Source: Verrucomicrobiia bacterium
GTDB taxonomy: Bacteria; Verrucomicrobiota; Verrucomicrobiia; Limisphaerales; UBA1319
Assembly (NCBI GenBank): GCA_963664225.1
Contig: OY760937.1
Coordinates: forward strand, 704,001 to 768,000
DNA length: 64,000 nucleotides
Reading direction: 5' to 3'
Part shown: positions 29,231-40,080 of the stretch, one piece after another
Layout: every line of letters starts with the position of its first letter
How positions within the stretch are numbered: position 1 is the stretch's first letter
Translations under genes and position numbers: made by a program
The notes under the pieces: model-generated
Told to the model about the DNA's origin: nothing
Seen by the model: only the letters and a program-made list of their open reading frames with translations
Databases searched by the model: none

Positions 29231-29593
29231 TTACGGTAATTTCCCCATTACCTGCTCCGGCGTCACTCCAACCAAGGCTATTGTCTTATGACGCGAAGTG
29301 TGACCGCGTACGAGTTGGATGTGGTTGCGGGGACAATCCAGGACATCGGCAAGGAGGCGCAAAAGGGCTTCATTCGCTGCGGCATCGACTGGAGGCGCGG
29401 TGACTTTGACGCGTAATTCGGCCCCAAGAGGACCTTCGATTTCGTTCCTGGAAGCGCGGGGTTGGAGTTTCACCGCCAACAGCAAAGTGTTCTCCTGTTG
29501 TCGGAGAAATGCCGGCAGTGGACAGGCGATTGGCGAGTTTCCCGGTTTTGGCGGAGGAAAAACGGCTTTTTTCTTTTTCTGATTAAGGGACAC
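29231..29593 (-). CDS. DUF167/YggU family protein
   Basis: VKLQPRASRNEI...VKVTAPPVDAAANEAL...GHTSRHK; start uncertain. Confidence 0.88.
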   Translation of the reverse strand: MSLNQKKKKAVFPPPKPGNSPIACPLPAFLRQQENTLLLAVKLQPRASRNEIEGPLGAELRVKVTAPPVDAAANEALLRLLADVLDCPRNHIQLVRGHTSRHKTIALVGVTPEQVMGKLP

Positions 29594-29629
29594 AGATCGT
29601 TTTTGGCAGAGTCAAAGCACTTTGCTAAA

Positions 29630-30028
29630 TCAATTGTTCAATGTCTTAAGAGCCTTGTTTTGATCTGAAGTGCGGATGATAAGGAGGCCGTTTTTTGATT
29701 TTGGCGGTGTGGCCGAATAGCAGTATTCGATGTTGATATGGGCTTTGGAGAGCTTTTCGGAAATTTCCACCAGAGCGCCGGGCTTGTTCGAGCACTCGAT
29801 CATGAGCACCTCATTGGTAATGGTGAGGGTGTTATGGTCTTGGAAAATCTGAAGAGCGCGTGCGGTATCGTTAACGATCATGCGCACCACATTATAGTCC
29901 ACCGTGTCGCCAGTGGAGAGCGCATGGATGTTGATTTTGGCATCGCGCAAGGCCTGGCAAACACGGGCCAGGGTGCCGGGACGATTTTGAAGAAACACGG
30001 CTATCTGCGTGGCGATGTTCATGATCAT
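29630..30028 (-). CDS. Tandem ACT domain protein
   Basis: QIAVFLQNRPGTLARV and NKPGALVEISEKLSKAHINIEYCY. Confidence 0.85.
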   Translation of the reverse strand: MIMNIATQIAVFLQNRPGTLARVCQALRDAKINIHALSTGDTVDYNVVRMIVNDTARALQIFQDHNTLTITNEVLMIECSNKPGALVEISEKLSKAHINIEYCYSATPPKSKNGLLIIRTSDQNKALKTLNN

Positions 30029-30301
30029 ATAAAAATCCCGGTTGAATCTGATCCACCCAACTCCTGGAAGAGGTGATCGTCAAGCGGGAAGTACCGGTAT
30101 TGTAAGGCAATCTGTGGATTGCAGTGGGCCAAAAGCGATGGAAAACTTTATTGAATCGAGTGAAATGAGGCGACGTCTAACCTTTCAATAGAAGCGCGGA
30201 ACGGGTTCTTGCGCCAAGATAATGGATCAGTTAAACTGAACAGATCATTAAGAAATGACAGATTGCAGTGCAAGACCTGCAAGCTGAAAACGAAAAGAAA
30301 T

Positions 30302-30649
30302 ATGAAAAAAATCCAAATTGCATTGATGGTCACGGCGCTGACAATTGGCGCATTCGGCGTTCAGGCGCAGGATGTCAAAGCGGAAGCCAAGGCGAATTTC
30401 GAAAAATTCTGTGCCGGTTGTCATGGAAAAGAAGGCAAGGGTGACACAAAACTGGGGCAGAAGCTTGAGGCCAGGGATTATACCGATGCGAAGGTTCAGT
30501 CCACCTTGAAGGAAGAGGACATGTTCAAAGCCATCAAGGAGGGTTTGAAAAAAGGGGACAAAGTTTTGATGAAGCCATACAGCGACAAATTCACTGATGC
30601 GCAAATCAAGGCTCTGGTTGCGTATGTCAAGGACTTCGCCAAAAAGTAA
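30302..30649 (+). CDS. Monoheme class I cytochrome c
   Basis: Signal peptide; CAGCH; distal Met in LMKPY. Confidence 0.9.
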   Translation: MKKIQIALMVTALTIGAFGVQAQDVKAEAKANFEKFCAGCHGKEGKGDTKLGQKLEARDYTDAKVQSTLKEEDMFKAIKEGLKKGDKVLMKPYSDKFTDAQIKALVAYVKDFAKK

Positions 30650-30975
30650 GTAAATTACCAATCATTTTGCCAGCCATTCAGGCGTTTGGGCTTGATGGCG
30701 CCACTCAACGTTAAATCCCTGTTTTATGACAGGGATTTTTCATTTTCAAGCAGGCGCGCAAACTCCCGGGGCGATGGCGCAAACCAGGAAATAAGGGCAT
30801 TTTAGTTGGAAGGACGTTGAGGAGCGTGGAGAGCGTTAAAATTATAGACAGAATTGCCACAAAACGCTTTGCCTTGTGGAAATAGCGTGATAGAAATTGT
30901 TTAGTAAAGCCACAGAAGATCATACCACGCATGCCCATGGGCCAGTGTGGTTCGATTGTATTAAAGAAATTGATT

Positions 30976-32241
30976 ATGAATACAGTATCCAGCCTGAAAA
31001 TTGTCACTAAAAACCTCAAAGGGCTTGTCGAAGCAGCATTAGCCGACTCTGGCGGTTTGTTGCGTCTGGCTCCTTGCTGGGTTCCCCGCTCTTTCCTGCA
31101 TCCCGGCCGTCGATTAAAATTGGCTCCTCAAGATTTATATGCATTTGGAGTCAATCGCGGCGGCATTGATGAAAGATGGTTTGCTTCGACCACACCCGCA
31201 GCCAATGAAAATCGCACGGAGGATGAGGGCTTGAGCTACGTTGCGGCTGGGGGACAACGGTTTACGCTGAAGGATGCCGTTGACCAGGCTGGGGCCACCA
31301 TTGTAGGCAAACGACTCTGGAACAAATACAAAAGGTGGCCGGTTTATTCGAAATTCTTCGACAACATGGGACCGATTCCTCATCACATGCACCAATCGGC
31401 AAAGCATGCCAAATTGATTGGCCTGGAAGGCAAGCCGGAGTCGTATTATTTTCCGCCGCAACACAATAACGTGGGAAACAATTTCCCATATACCTTCTTT
31501 GGTTTTGAGCCTGGAACGACGAAAGCGCAAGTGCGCAAGTGTCTTGAGAATTGGAATGTTGAGGATAATGGGATTCTGGATTTGTCCAAAGCCTACCGTT
31601 TGAAACCAGGTTCCGGCTGGCTTGTAGGGCCTGGCATTCTTCACGCGCCCGGCTCGCTTTGCACCTATGAACCGCAATGGGGTTCGGACGTGTTCGGGAT
31701 GTATCAAAACCTGGTCGAAGGGCGGGAAGTGCCCTGGTCGCTGTTGGTTAAAGACATGCCCAAGGAAAAGCAAAAGGATCTGGATTTCATCGTGAGCGAG
31801 CTCGATTGGGAGGCGAATGTCGATCCGAATTTCAAGGAGAACCACTATCTGGAGCCGGTGCCTGTGGCCGACACGCGCAAGGAAGGTTACGTGGATCGTT
31901 GGATTGTTTATGACAAGATCAACGGTCAGCAGAGTTTCACAGCGAAGGAGTTGACCATCGATCCGGGAACGCGTTGCACCATCAAGGACGGCGGGGCTTA
32001 TGGCCTGATCGTGGTTCAGGGCCAGGGTAAGATGAACAAGCTCAATCTGGATTGCCCGAAGATGATCCGCTTCCATGAGATGACCGAGGATGAAGTGTTT
32101 TGCACTGAGAACGCGGCCAAGGTTGGTGTGGTGTTTGAAAATACATCCACGGTCGAACCTCTGGTCATGCTCCGCTATTTTGGCCCTGATGCCAATCCGG
32201 ACGCGCCGAAGCTTGGTGCGTATAAAACCAACAAGTTCTAA
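30976..32241 (+). CDS. Cupin-fold sugar-phosphate isomerase-like (class I mannose-6-phosphate isomerase-like) protein
   Basis: KFFDNMGPIPHHMHQ...GKPESYYF and PGILHAPG...YEPQ resemble PMI metal-binding motifs. Confidence 0.65.
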   Translation: MNTVSSLKIVTKNLKGLVEAALADSGGLLRLAPCWVPRSFLHPGRRLKLAPQDLYAFGVNRGGIDERWFASTTPAANENRTEDEGLSYVAAGGQRFTLKDAVDQAGATIVGKRLWNKYKRWPVYSKFFDNMGPIPHHMHQSAKHAKLIGLEGKPESYYFPPQHNNVGNNFPYTFFGFEPGTTKAQVRKCLENWNVEDNGILDLSKAYRLKPGSGWLVGPGILHAPGSLCTYEPQWGSDVFGMYQNLVEGREVPWSLLVKDMPKEKQKDLDFIVSELDWEANVDPNFKENHYLEPVPVADTRKEGYVDRWIVYDKINGQQSFTAKELTIDPGTRCTIKDGGAYGLIVVQGQGKMNKLNLDCPKMIRFHEMTEDEVFCTENAAKVGVVFENTSTVEPLVMLRYFGPDANPDAPKLGAYKTNKF

Positions 32242-32271
32242 ACATCACCTCTCAAATTAAATCTTGCGCAT

Positions 32272-33237
32272 ATGAAACGCATCTCCATTGGCACCTGGGC
32301 TTTTGTGTTCAATCAAAAGCAGCCCATCGAGTTTTCTGAAATCGTGACCGGGCTCAAGAAGCTCGGTTTCGACGGCTTGGAACTCGGGGGTTTTGGCATT
32401 CATCCCAACCCGACCGCAGCATGGACAACAGCCAGTTGGCATCGCGATCCTAAAGCGGCTTACGCGGATATTTGTGCCTCCATCCGGCAAACATGGGAGT
32501 CGCAGGGTATGGGTTGCAGCGGTTTGGCGGCTGATTTGTGGGCGGAACGACTCATTACCGCACCTGACAATAAATCCTATCTTGGCACGTTTCGGAAGAA
32601 TCTGGATTTTTGCCAGCGTCTGGGCATCAACGTGATTCGCGTGGATTCCACAGAACCGCCCAACGTTTTGGGCAAGGTGCCCGGCGAAAAACCGTTGAAG
32701 GACCGCCCGGTGGTTCCATACGACGAGGCGTTAAAGCGCGTGGCGACGACTTGGAGAAAATGCGCTCAGGAAGCCAAAGACAAGGGCGTTCGCGTGGTTT
32801 GGGAATTCGAGCCGGGATTTGCCTTTAACAAGCCCTCCGACATCCTGCGTGTTCTCGAAGCTGTGAATCACGAGAATTTCATGATCATGGTGGATACCTG
32901 CCATGCGCACAATGTGGCGGTGGTTGGCGCGCGTCAGCCTGGCAAGAAAGAGACGCTCCCGGGCGGGATTCGTGAATTGGCCGAGAAATTGAAAGGGAAG
33001 ATCGGGCGGCTGCATCTGATCGATTCTGATGGAACGCTCAATGAACACGGCACTTCCACGCATCCACCATTCGGTGATGGGTGCCTGAAATTCGACGAGT
33101 TCATGCCGGCATTTGTGGCTGCCGGCTGTCCTGATGACTGGTGGACCATTGACTTGTGTTTCTGGCCGGACGCATGGAAAGCCACGGCCAAATGCAAAAA
33201 GGCAGTGGATAAGCTGAATTCGAAATTCGGCGGTTAA
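32272..33237 (+). CDS. Sugar phosphate isomerase/epimerase (xylose-isomerase-like TIM barrel)
   Basis: LGFDGLEL, WEFEPG, DTCH, LHLIDSDG, HPPFGDG. Confidence 0.85.
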   Translation: MKRISIGTWAFVFNQKQPIEFSEIVTGLKKLGFDGLELGGFGIHPNPTAAWTTASWHRDPKAAYADICASIRQTWESQGMGCSGLAADLWAERLITAPDNKSYLGTFRKNLDFCQRLGINVIRVDSTEPPNVLGKVPGEKPLKDRPVVPYDEALKRVATTWRKCAQEAKDKGVRVVWEFEPGFAFNKPSDILRVLEAVNHENFMIMVDTCHAHNVAVVGARQPGKKETLPGGIRELAEKLKGKIGRLHLIDSDGTLNEHGTSTHPPFGDGCLKFDEFMPAFVAAGCPDDWWTIDLCFWPDAWKATAKCKKAVDKLNSKFGG

Positions 33238-33351
33238 ACGAAATGGAATTCGTTTGTTAGTTTTTGGAGACGTTGGTTCGAACCAGCGTCTCTTTACGCC
33301 TGATTCCCGGTCAATTGCCACGGTCTGCCTTCGATTCAATTGCATAGAGTT

Positions 33352-36300
33352 ATGACTAAGAAAACAAAGCCTTCGGAATGCAACACAGCTTCCTGTGGTT
33401 GCACGAGTTCCGTGACTCGCCGTGATTTTCTGCGACTCACCAGTATTGCGGCGGCGACGTCTTTTGTGGATTGGCAGGCCGTGGCGGGACCGTTTGAGGG
33501 GGCGGATTTCACGAACCTGATTCCCGCCGACAAGAAGCTCAAACCGGAGTGGGTCAAGTCGCTCTATGAACGGGGTGAGCCTACGGTTTATCACGGAGCG
33601 GCACTGGGAACGATTGGGATGCCGGTGAATGGGATTTGCTGCGGCCAGTTGTATCTGGGCGGCGACGGACGTTTGTGGAACTGGGATATTTTCAATGAGT
33701 CCCACGCGGATGGTTCAACGGATTATAGCGGACGCAACTACGCCAAACCACGCAAGCCCGAGTCACCGATCGAACAGGGGTTTGCGATCAAATTGACCAG
33801 CGCAGGAAAATCGCAGGTCCGCTGCCTCGACAACCGCGGGTTTTCGCCGAGTACTATGGGATTCAAAGGGCAGTATCCCTTGGGCGTGGTCGAATACAAA
33901 GATCCGGCGCTGCCGGTTCAAGTTTCACTGGAGGCTTTCGCGCCGTTCATACCGCTGAATGTGGAAGATTCGTCGTTGCCGGTGACGATCATGAATTACA
34001 CGGTGAAGAATACCGGCACGGAAGCGGTGGAGGTGGAGATTGGTGGTTGGATCGAGAACGGCGTTTGCCTGGAAAGCGGCAAAATGAGTTGGGGAAAGCG
34101 CACCAACAATGTTCAGCAGGAGGCCGGTTTGACGATGGTCGTTGGCACGGCGGCATCCGTTCCGGATAACGAACGCCCCGCCATTCAGCCGGACATTGCG
34201 TTTGAGGATTTTGAGAATGGTTTTGGAAAGTGGACGGTGGAGGGGCAGGCGTTTGGCAAGGGGCCCGCAGGGGGGACACTGGCCAATCAGCAGGCGGTGA
34301 GCGGCTTTGAAGGGAAGGGGCTGGTTAACAGCTTTTTTGAAGGGGACGCCACCACAGGACGAATGCAATCGAAGGCGTTCACGATTGCTCGACGGTATAT
34401 CGCGTTCTTGATCGGTGGCGGCAGCCTCAAAGGCGAGACCTGCATGAACCTGCTGATCGATGGGCAGGTCAAGAACACGGCCACCGGCCACGACAGGGAA
34501 AAGCTCGAATGGGCTTACTGGGACGTCAGCCAGTTCCAGGGAAAACAGGCGAGTCTGGAAATTGTGGATAAAGCCACCGGCGCGTGGGGACATGTGAATG
34601 TGGACCAGATCGTGTTCACCGACCAACCGCCTGCGGCACGCATCAAGGCGGAACAACAGCAGGATTTCGGCTCGCTCGCGCTGGCTTTGCTGGGCGATGG
34701 GAAAGATCATTTTGCGCAGTCGGGCGTGAAGGGGGAAATGCCAGCAGCGGTGTTTGCCGAATCGAAGGAATTGGAGAGCAGCCAACCTTTTGGAAAGAAG
34801 CTCATCGGAGCCGTGGGACGCAAGTTTATGCTGGCGCCCGGTGCGGAAGGCAGTGCGACGTTTCTGGTGGCCTGGTTTTTCCCGGGGTTGCAGCGGGGAA
34901 CGATTGGCGGGTTAGAGGGAATTGACAAGCTGCAGCGCGAGTATGCGAATCGATTCGATTCCGCGGCGGCGGTGGCGCGTCATGTGGCAAAGAATTTCGA
35001 ACAACTCGCGGGACAAACGCGGCTCTGGAACCAGACGTGGTATGATTCCACGCTGCCCTATTGGTTCCTGGACCGGGTTTTCGCGCCCATTTGCACGCTG
35101 GCCACGAGCACATGTTACCGGTTTACCAACCGACGGTTCTACGCTTTTGAAGGGGTTTACTGCTGCCAGGGGACGTGTCAGCACGTTTGGAATTACGCGC
35201 AATCGGTGGGGCGCATTTTCCCCGAGCTGGAGCGCGATCTTCGACGGCGCACGGATTTTGGGACGGCCTGGCATGAGAATGGCGCGATTGATTATCGCGG
35301 AGAATGTGACCGGCGCGTGGCGCACGACGGACAGTGCGGGGTGATTTTGCGGGCGTGGCGGGAACATCAAATGGCGCCCGACGATTCCTACTTGCGCGCT
35401 TGCTGGCCGAGGATTCGTAAGTCGGTGGAGTATTTGATCGGTTGCGATGGAGACGAAAACGGACTGATCGAGGGCGAGCAATACAACACGCTGGATGCCT
35501 CCTGGTTTGGGGCCATGGCGTGGATCAGCTCGTTTTACGTCGCCGCGTTGCGCGCGGCCGAGGCGATGGCGGCGGAGACCGGCGATGATGCCTTTTCGAA
35601 ACGGTGCCGGACGATTGCCGAGCGTGGCTCGCAAGAACTGGTCAAACAGCTCTATAACGGCGAATATTTCATTCATAAGCCCGACGCCAAACATCCGGAC
35701 AGCACGAATACGAACGACGGCTGCCATATCGACCAGCTCATGGGGCAGGCTTGGGCGCTCCAAGTTGGACTGCCGCGCGTAATGCCGCTCAAGGAGACGC
35801 ACTCAGCGCTGGAAGCGATCTGGAAATACAACTTCACGCCGGATGTTGGGCCTTATCGGGAGAAATCGTTTATCAAGGGGGGGCGCTGGTATGCCATGCC
35901 CGGCGAAGGAGGCGTGGTGATGACGACCTTCCCGCGAGGTGGGATTGAAAAGGCGAGCGGGAAAGGCGGCTTTGCCTACTATCTCAACGAGGTCTGGACC
36001 GGCCAGGAACACCAATTGGCGGCGCACATGCTCTGGGAAGGAATGACCGACAAGGCGCTGGTCATCACCCGGTATGTGCATGACCGACATCACGCCGCGC
36101 TCCGCAATCCCTACAACGAAATTGAGTGTTCGGATCATTATACGCGGGCGATGTCCAGTCACGGGACGTTCATTGCGGCCTGTGGATACGAGCACCACGG
36201 TCCCAAAGGGCATCTCGGTTTTGCCCCGCGCATTTCGCCGGACCATTTCCGCGCGCCGTTCACTGCGGCGGAAGGTTGGGGGACGTTTTCGCAAACGCGG

Positions 36301-36528
36301 CAGGCTCAGGGCCAAAAGGAAACCATTGCGGTCAAATACGGCAAATTACGTTTGCGAACGCTGGCGTTTGAAATTGCCGAAGGATTCAGCCCATCCGGCG
36401 CGACATTTGCGATCAAAGGAAAGAAGCTGGAGGCGCCGATCAAAGTGGAGGGTCGGCGGGTCATGGTCACGTTGCCCGAGGAAATAGTGATCGTTGACGG
36501 CGAGAGTATCGATTTGGTGTTTGCTTAA
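33352..36528 (+). CDS. Tat-exported GH116-family glycoside hydrolase
   Basis: TRRDFLR Tat motif; IGMPVNGICCGQLYLGGDG, AHDGQCG, QYNTLD, CHIDQLMGQ, NPYNEIECSDHYTRAMSS. Confidence 0.85.
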   Translation: MTKKTKPSECNTASCGCTSSVTRRDFLRLTSIAAATSFVDWQAVAGPFEGADFTNLIPADKKLKPEWVKSLYERGEPTVYHGAALGTIGMPVNGICCGQLYLGGDGRLWNWDIFNESHADGSTDYSGRNYAKPRKPESPIEQGFAIKLTSAGKSQVRCLDNRGFSPSTMGFKGQYPLGVVEYKDPALPVQVSLEAFAPFIPLNVEDSSLPVTIMNYTVKNTGTEAVEVEIGGWIENGVCLESGKMSWGKRTNNVQQEAGLTMVVGTAASVPDNERPAIQPDIAFEDFENGFGKWTVEGQAFGKGPAGGTLANQQAVSGFEGKGLVNSFFEGDATTGRMQSKAFTIARRYIAFLIGGGSLKGETCMNLLIDGQVKNTATGHDREKLEWAYWDVSQFQGKQASLEIVDKATGAWGHVNVDQIVFTDQPPAARIKAEQQQDFGSLALALLGDGKDHFAQSGVKGEMPAAVFAESKELESSQPFGKKLIGAVGRKFMLAPGAEGSATFLVAWFFPGLQRGTIGGLEGIDKLQREYANRFDSAAAVARHVAKNFEQLAGQTRLWNQTWYDSTLPYWFLDRVFAPICTLATSTCYRFTNRRFYAFEGVYCCQGTCQHVWNYAQSVGRIFPELERDLRRRTDFGTAWHENGAIDYRGECDRRVAHDGQCGVILRAWREHQMAPDDSYLRACWPRIRKSVEYLIGCDGDENGLIEGEQYNTLDASWFGAMAWISSFYVAALRAAEAMAAETGDDAFSKRCRTIAERGSQELVKQLYNGEYFIHKPDAKHPDSTNTNDGCHIDQLMGQAWALQVGLPRVMPLKETHSALEAIWKYNFTPDVGPYREKSFIKGGRWYAMPGEGGVVMTTFPRGGIEKASGKGGFAYYLNEVWTGQEHQLAAHMLWEGMTDKALVITRYVHDRHHAALRNPYNEIECSDHYTRAMSSHGTFIAACGYEHHGPKGHLGFAPRISPDHFRAPFTAAEGWGTFSQTRQAQGQKETIAVKYGKLRLRTLAFEIAEGFSPSGATFAIKGKKLEAPIKVEGRRVMVTLPEEIVIVDGESIDLVFA
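36186..36528 (+). repeat. Direct repeat copy 1 (3' end of GH116 gene)
   Basis: 343 bp, collinear with 40525..40867; 7 mismatches in the first 294 bp. Confidence 0.95.
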
Positions 36529-37086
36529 TCGATCGATGAGAAACTGTGATGAAACAGCGGATAATATTCCGTGAGGCACGTTTTTTTGGCGGTCGATTCT
36601 GATTGATTTTGGAAAGGAGTTTGGTGTGCATGGATCTGAAGTCCGCACACCTTTCTTCGGTACCAACACCACAGATTGACATCGACTGCACCTGCCTGAA
36701 TGGAGGATCGTATTTCCACTTTTGATTGTCGCCGCGCAGTGTTTGAGCGACATGAGCGTTGCAATTTAAGGTCGCGAAATGGTGTTCATTTCCAAGCGGT
36801 TTGAATGGTCTTGAGGTTGAAGAAACAGCAGGAGGCTTGACTTGGACCTGAAAGATGATAAGGTTGGCTTAAATGTTACATAAGTAAAACGTATATGATC
36901 ACGCTCAAACAAGTGAACCGCTGTCAGAGGCAAGCTGAGTGCATAACAAGATCCGATCTGGATCATGCCCTGAAGCTGAGGATTGTCTTTGGTTTTTTAT
37001 AGTTACATTCCAATCCGCGCTGGCTAACGCAATTCACCACTCCGGAGAATCTTAAATAAGCCAACTCTTCAACATTCCATTCGCTT

Positions 37087-40080
37087 ATGAAAACTTCCCG
37101 CCTGAATTTTCTTCTATTCTTTGCAGCATTGTTAACAGCAGACCCATTATTTGGGGCAACAGCCACTGTACTTGGCTGGAACAACCTGGGCATGCACTGC
37201 ATGGATAGCGATTACTCGGTTTTCTCGATCCTGCCTCCCTATAACACAATCGAGGCCCAGTTAATCGTTAATGGTGGACTCATCACCAGCGCACAGGGTT
37301 ACTCGGTAACCTACCAGGCCATCGCGGATCCGGATGGATCCATCAATACCACGGCCATTGGCAAAGGCAATTTCTTCACATACACGCCCTACATGTATGG
37401 TTCATTGCCTTTGGACATGGGGCTTGCCGGATGGGCCATGCCGGGAACCAACAACGTTCCCCAAAGCATGCGTTTTGAAACGACGAACAACCCGGCCGTA
37501 GGCGTGACAACGCCAGTCAACTGGTTCCGGGCAGAGGGTATCCCCATTTCCCCTTTTGACGATTCGATGCAGCGCAACGAATACCCGTTAATGAGGCTTA
37601 CCGCGCGAGACCCCGCCGGTGTGGTTCTGGCGACCAGCGATATCGTTTTACCTGTGTCGGATGAAATGGATTGCCGGTCCTGCCATGCCTCGGGGACTCA
37701 GGCAGCGGCACAACCGGCGGCAGGCTGGGTTTTTAACGCAAATCCTGAGCGCGATTACCGGCTCAACATCCTGCGGTTACACGACGAAATTGAGTTCCAG
37801 GCACACCAGCAAACTTATGTGTCAGCGCTGGCCACGCGGGGATTGAATCCGTCCGGCCTCTACGCCAATGTGGCGACCGATGGCAGGCCCATTTACTGCG
37901 CCACCTGCCATACATCCGAGGCATTGCAGGGGAGCGGATTGGCTGGCATTCCGCCGTTAACCCAGTCCATTCACTCGCTCCATGCCGGTGTCACGGATCC
38001 GGTGCTTCATATCAAGCTGGACGATTCAGCAAACCGGGCCTCATGTTATCGCTGCCACCCGGGTTCCACGGCCAAGTGTCTTCGCGGAGCCATGGGAACC
38101 GCAGTGGCTGCCGACGGTTCCATGGAAATGCAGTGCCAGAGCTGTCATGGAAACTTGAGTCAGGTTGGCGCGAGCACGCGCGTGGGTTGGTTCATGGAGC
38201 CCTCCTGCCAGAATTGCCACTCTGGAACAGCAACACAGAACAGCGGACAGATTCGTTTCACCTCGGTGTTCACCACCAACGGAACGGTGCGTGTTGCGGC
38301 GAACCAGACCTTTGCAACCACTCCTAACACTCCTGCTGCAGGCCTTTCACTCTATCGTTTTTCTGTCGGACATGGCGGGCTCCAATGCTCCGCGTGCCAC
38401 GGTTCAACGCACGCCGAATTTACGAGTGCCTTCCGAAACGACAATATTGAAAGCATGGAACTCCAGGGGCATGTGGGCATGATTGCCGAATGCACCGCGT
38501 GCCATGTCACAATGCCTGCGACGGTCAGCGGAGGGCCTCACGGGCTCCACCCGATGGGCGCAACATGGGTCAGCCAGCACCAGAACGCCGCCGAAGGTAA
38601 CCGCGCCCAGTGCCAGACCTGTCATGGGACTGATTACCGCGGCACGGTTCTCTCGGTTATGAAGGCAGACCGCACGATCAATGGTCAAAGCGTGTTCAGA
38701 GGGGCCATCATCGGTTGTTATATGTGCCACAACGGTCCGGGAGGAGACGGAAATCCGGGACCGGCGCCAACGGTTAGCAACGTGACGGCCAACACGGTCC
38801 AAGGCAAACCGGTTTCCATCCTGCTGGCTTCCACGGGAACAAACGTGGCATTGCGAATCATATCGCAAGCATCATTGGGTTCAGTGGGTCTCAGCAACAA
38901 TGTAGCCACTTATTTCCCCGATCCCACGTTCACAGGCGTCGATACTTTCACTTTCGCTGCTTACAATGGGTCAAAGAACTCAAACCTGGGTACAGGCACA
39001 GTGGTCATTGCAACCAGTCCAGGCAGTGTTCCTCCTACCATCACCACGCAGCCGTTGAGTCAAACGGTGGCGGTTGGGACATCAGTCACCTTTACGGTGG
39101 GCGCCACGGGCACCCTGCTATTAAATTATCAATGGCAGAGGAACGGGGTCAACATTTCCGGCGCCACGGGGGCCGCCCTGACGTTGCCCAATGTGACTTC
39201 CACCAGCGCTGGAAGTTATCGGGTTATTGTCAACAACACTGTAGGGTCTGTCACCAGCAGTGCAGCCACGCTAACGGTCAGTTCCGCAGTGGCGCCCACC
39301 ATCACCACGCAGCCGGTGAGTCAGACCGTGGCGGTTGGTGCCACGGTGTCATTCACTGTGGTTGCCACGGGCACGACCCCATTGAGTTATCAATGGCAGA
39401 AAAATGGTGTGAACATCTCTGGCGCCACGAGTGCCACATTGACGTTGACGAGTGTCACGTCCACCAGCGCGGGAAGTTATCGAGTTATTGTCAGCAACAC
39501 GGTGGGATCTGTCACCAGCAGTGCAGCGACGCTAACGGTCAGTTCCGCAGTGGCGCCCACCATCGCCACGCAGCCGGTGAGTCAGACCGTAGCGGTTGGC
39601 GCCACTGTTACATTCACTGTGGTTTCCACAGGCGCGACCCCGTTGAGTTATCAATGGCAGAAAAATGGCGTCAACATTTCTGGCGCCACGAGTGCCACAT
39701 TGACGTTGACCAGTGTGACGTCCACCAGCGCAGGGAGTTACCGCGTGATTGTAAGAAATACAGCGGGCGCAGCAACGAGTACATCGGCGACCCTTACTGT
39801 TAATTCGCCGCCGCTCGCGATCGTGCTTACCAGTCCAACCAACGGAGGCATCTTCGATCAAGAAGACAGCATACGCATCACTGCGACGGTGACACCATCT
39901 GGCAGTGCCCGAAGTGTACGCTACTTTGACGGATCCAAGCTGATTGGTTCGGACAATGAAGCGCCGTTCACGATCAGAGTGCGTTTGAGCCCCGGAATTC
40001 ATATCCTGACCGCTCAAGCCATCAGCCTTACAGGGGCAGTGCAAACATCCGCCCCGGTCCAAATTACAGTGACCCGGTAG
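37087..40080 (+). CDS. Secreted multiheme (9 CxxCH) cytochrome c with C-terminal Ig-like domains
   Basis: Signal peptide; CRSCH, CATCH, CYRCH, CQSCH, CQNCH, CSACH, CTACH, CQTCH, CYMCH; three PTITTQP...YQWQ...GSYRVIV Ig repeats. Confidence 0.92.
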   Translation: MKTSRLNFLLFFAALLTADPLFGATATVLGWNNLGMHCMDSDYSVFSILPPYNTIEAQLIVNGGLITSAQGYSVTYQAIADPDGSINTTAIGKGNFFTYTPYMYGSLPLDMGLAGWAMPGTNNVPQSMRFETTNNPAVGVTTPVNWFRAEGIPISPFDDSMQRNEYPLMRLTARDPAGVVLATSDIVLPVSDEMDCRSCHASGTQAAAQPAAGWVFNANPERDYRLNILRLHDEIEFQAHQQTYVSALATRGLNPSGLYANVATDGRPIYCATCHTSEALQGSGLAGIPPLTQSIHSLHAGVTDPVLHIKLDDSANRASCYRCHPGSTAKCLRGAMGTAVAADGSMEMQCQSCHGNLSQVGASTRVGWFMEPSCQNCHSGTATQNSGQIRFTSVFTTNGTVRVAANQTFATTPNTPAAGLSLYRFSVGHGGLQCSACHGSTHAEFTSAFRNDNIESMELQGHVGMIAECTACHVTMPATVSGGPHGLHPMGATWVSQHQNAAEGNRAQCQTCHGTDYRGTVLSVMKADRTINGQSVFRGAIIGCYMCHNGPGGDGNPGPAPTVSNVTANTVQGKPVSILLASTGTNVALRIISQASLGSVGLSNNVATYFPDPTFTGVDTFTFAAYNGSKNSNLGTGTVVIATSPGSVPPTITTQPLSQTVAVGTSVTFTVGATGTLLLNYQWQRNGVNISGATGAALTLPNVTSTSAGSYRVIVNNTVGSVTSSAATLTVSSAVAPTITTQPVSQTVAVGATVSFTVVATGTTPLSYQWQKNGVNISGATSATLTLTSVTSTSAGSYRVIVSNTVGSVTSSAATLTVSSAVAPTIATQPVSQTVAVGATVTFTVVSTGATPLSYQWQKNGVNISGATSATLTLTSVTSTSAGSYRVIVRNTAGAATSTSATLTVNSPPLAIVLTSPTNGGIFDQEDSIRITATVTPSGSARSVRYFDGSKLIGSDNEAPFTIRVRLSPGIHILTAQAISLTGAVQTSAPVQITVTR
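39034..39802 (+). repeat. Three tandem 261-bp intragenic Ig-domain repeats
   Basis: Units start at 39034, 39295 and 39556, with high DNA identity. Confidence 0.9.
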
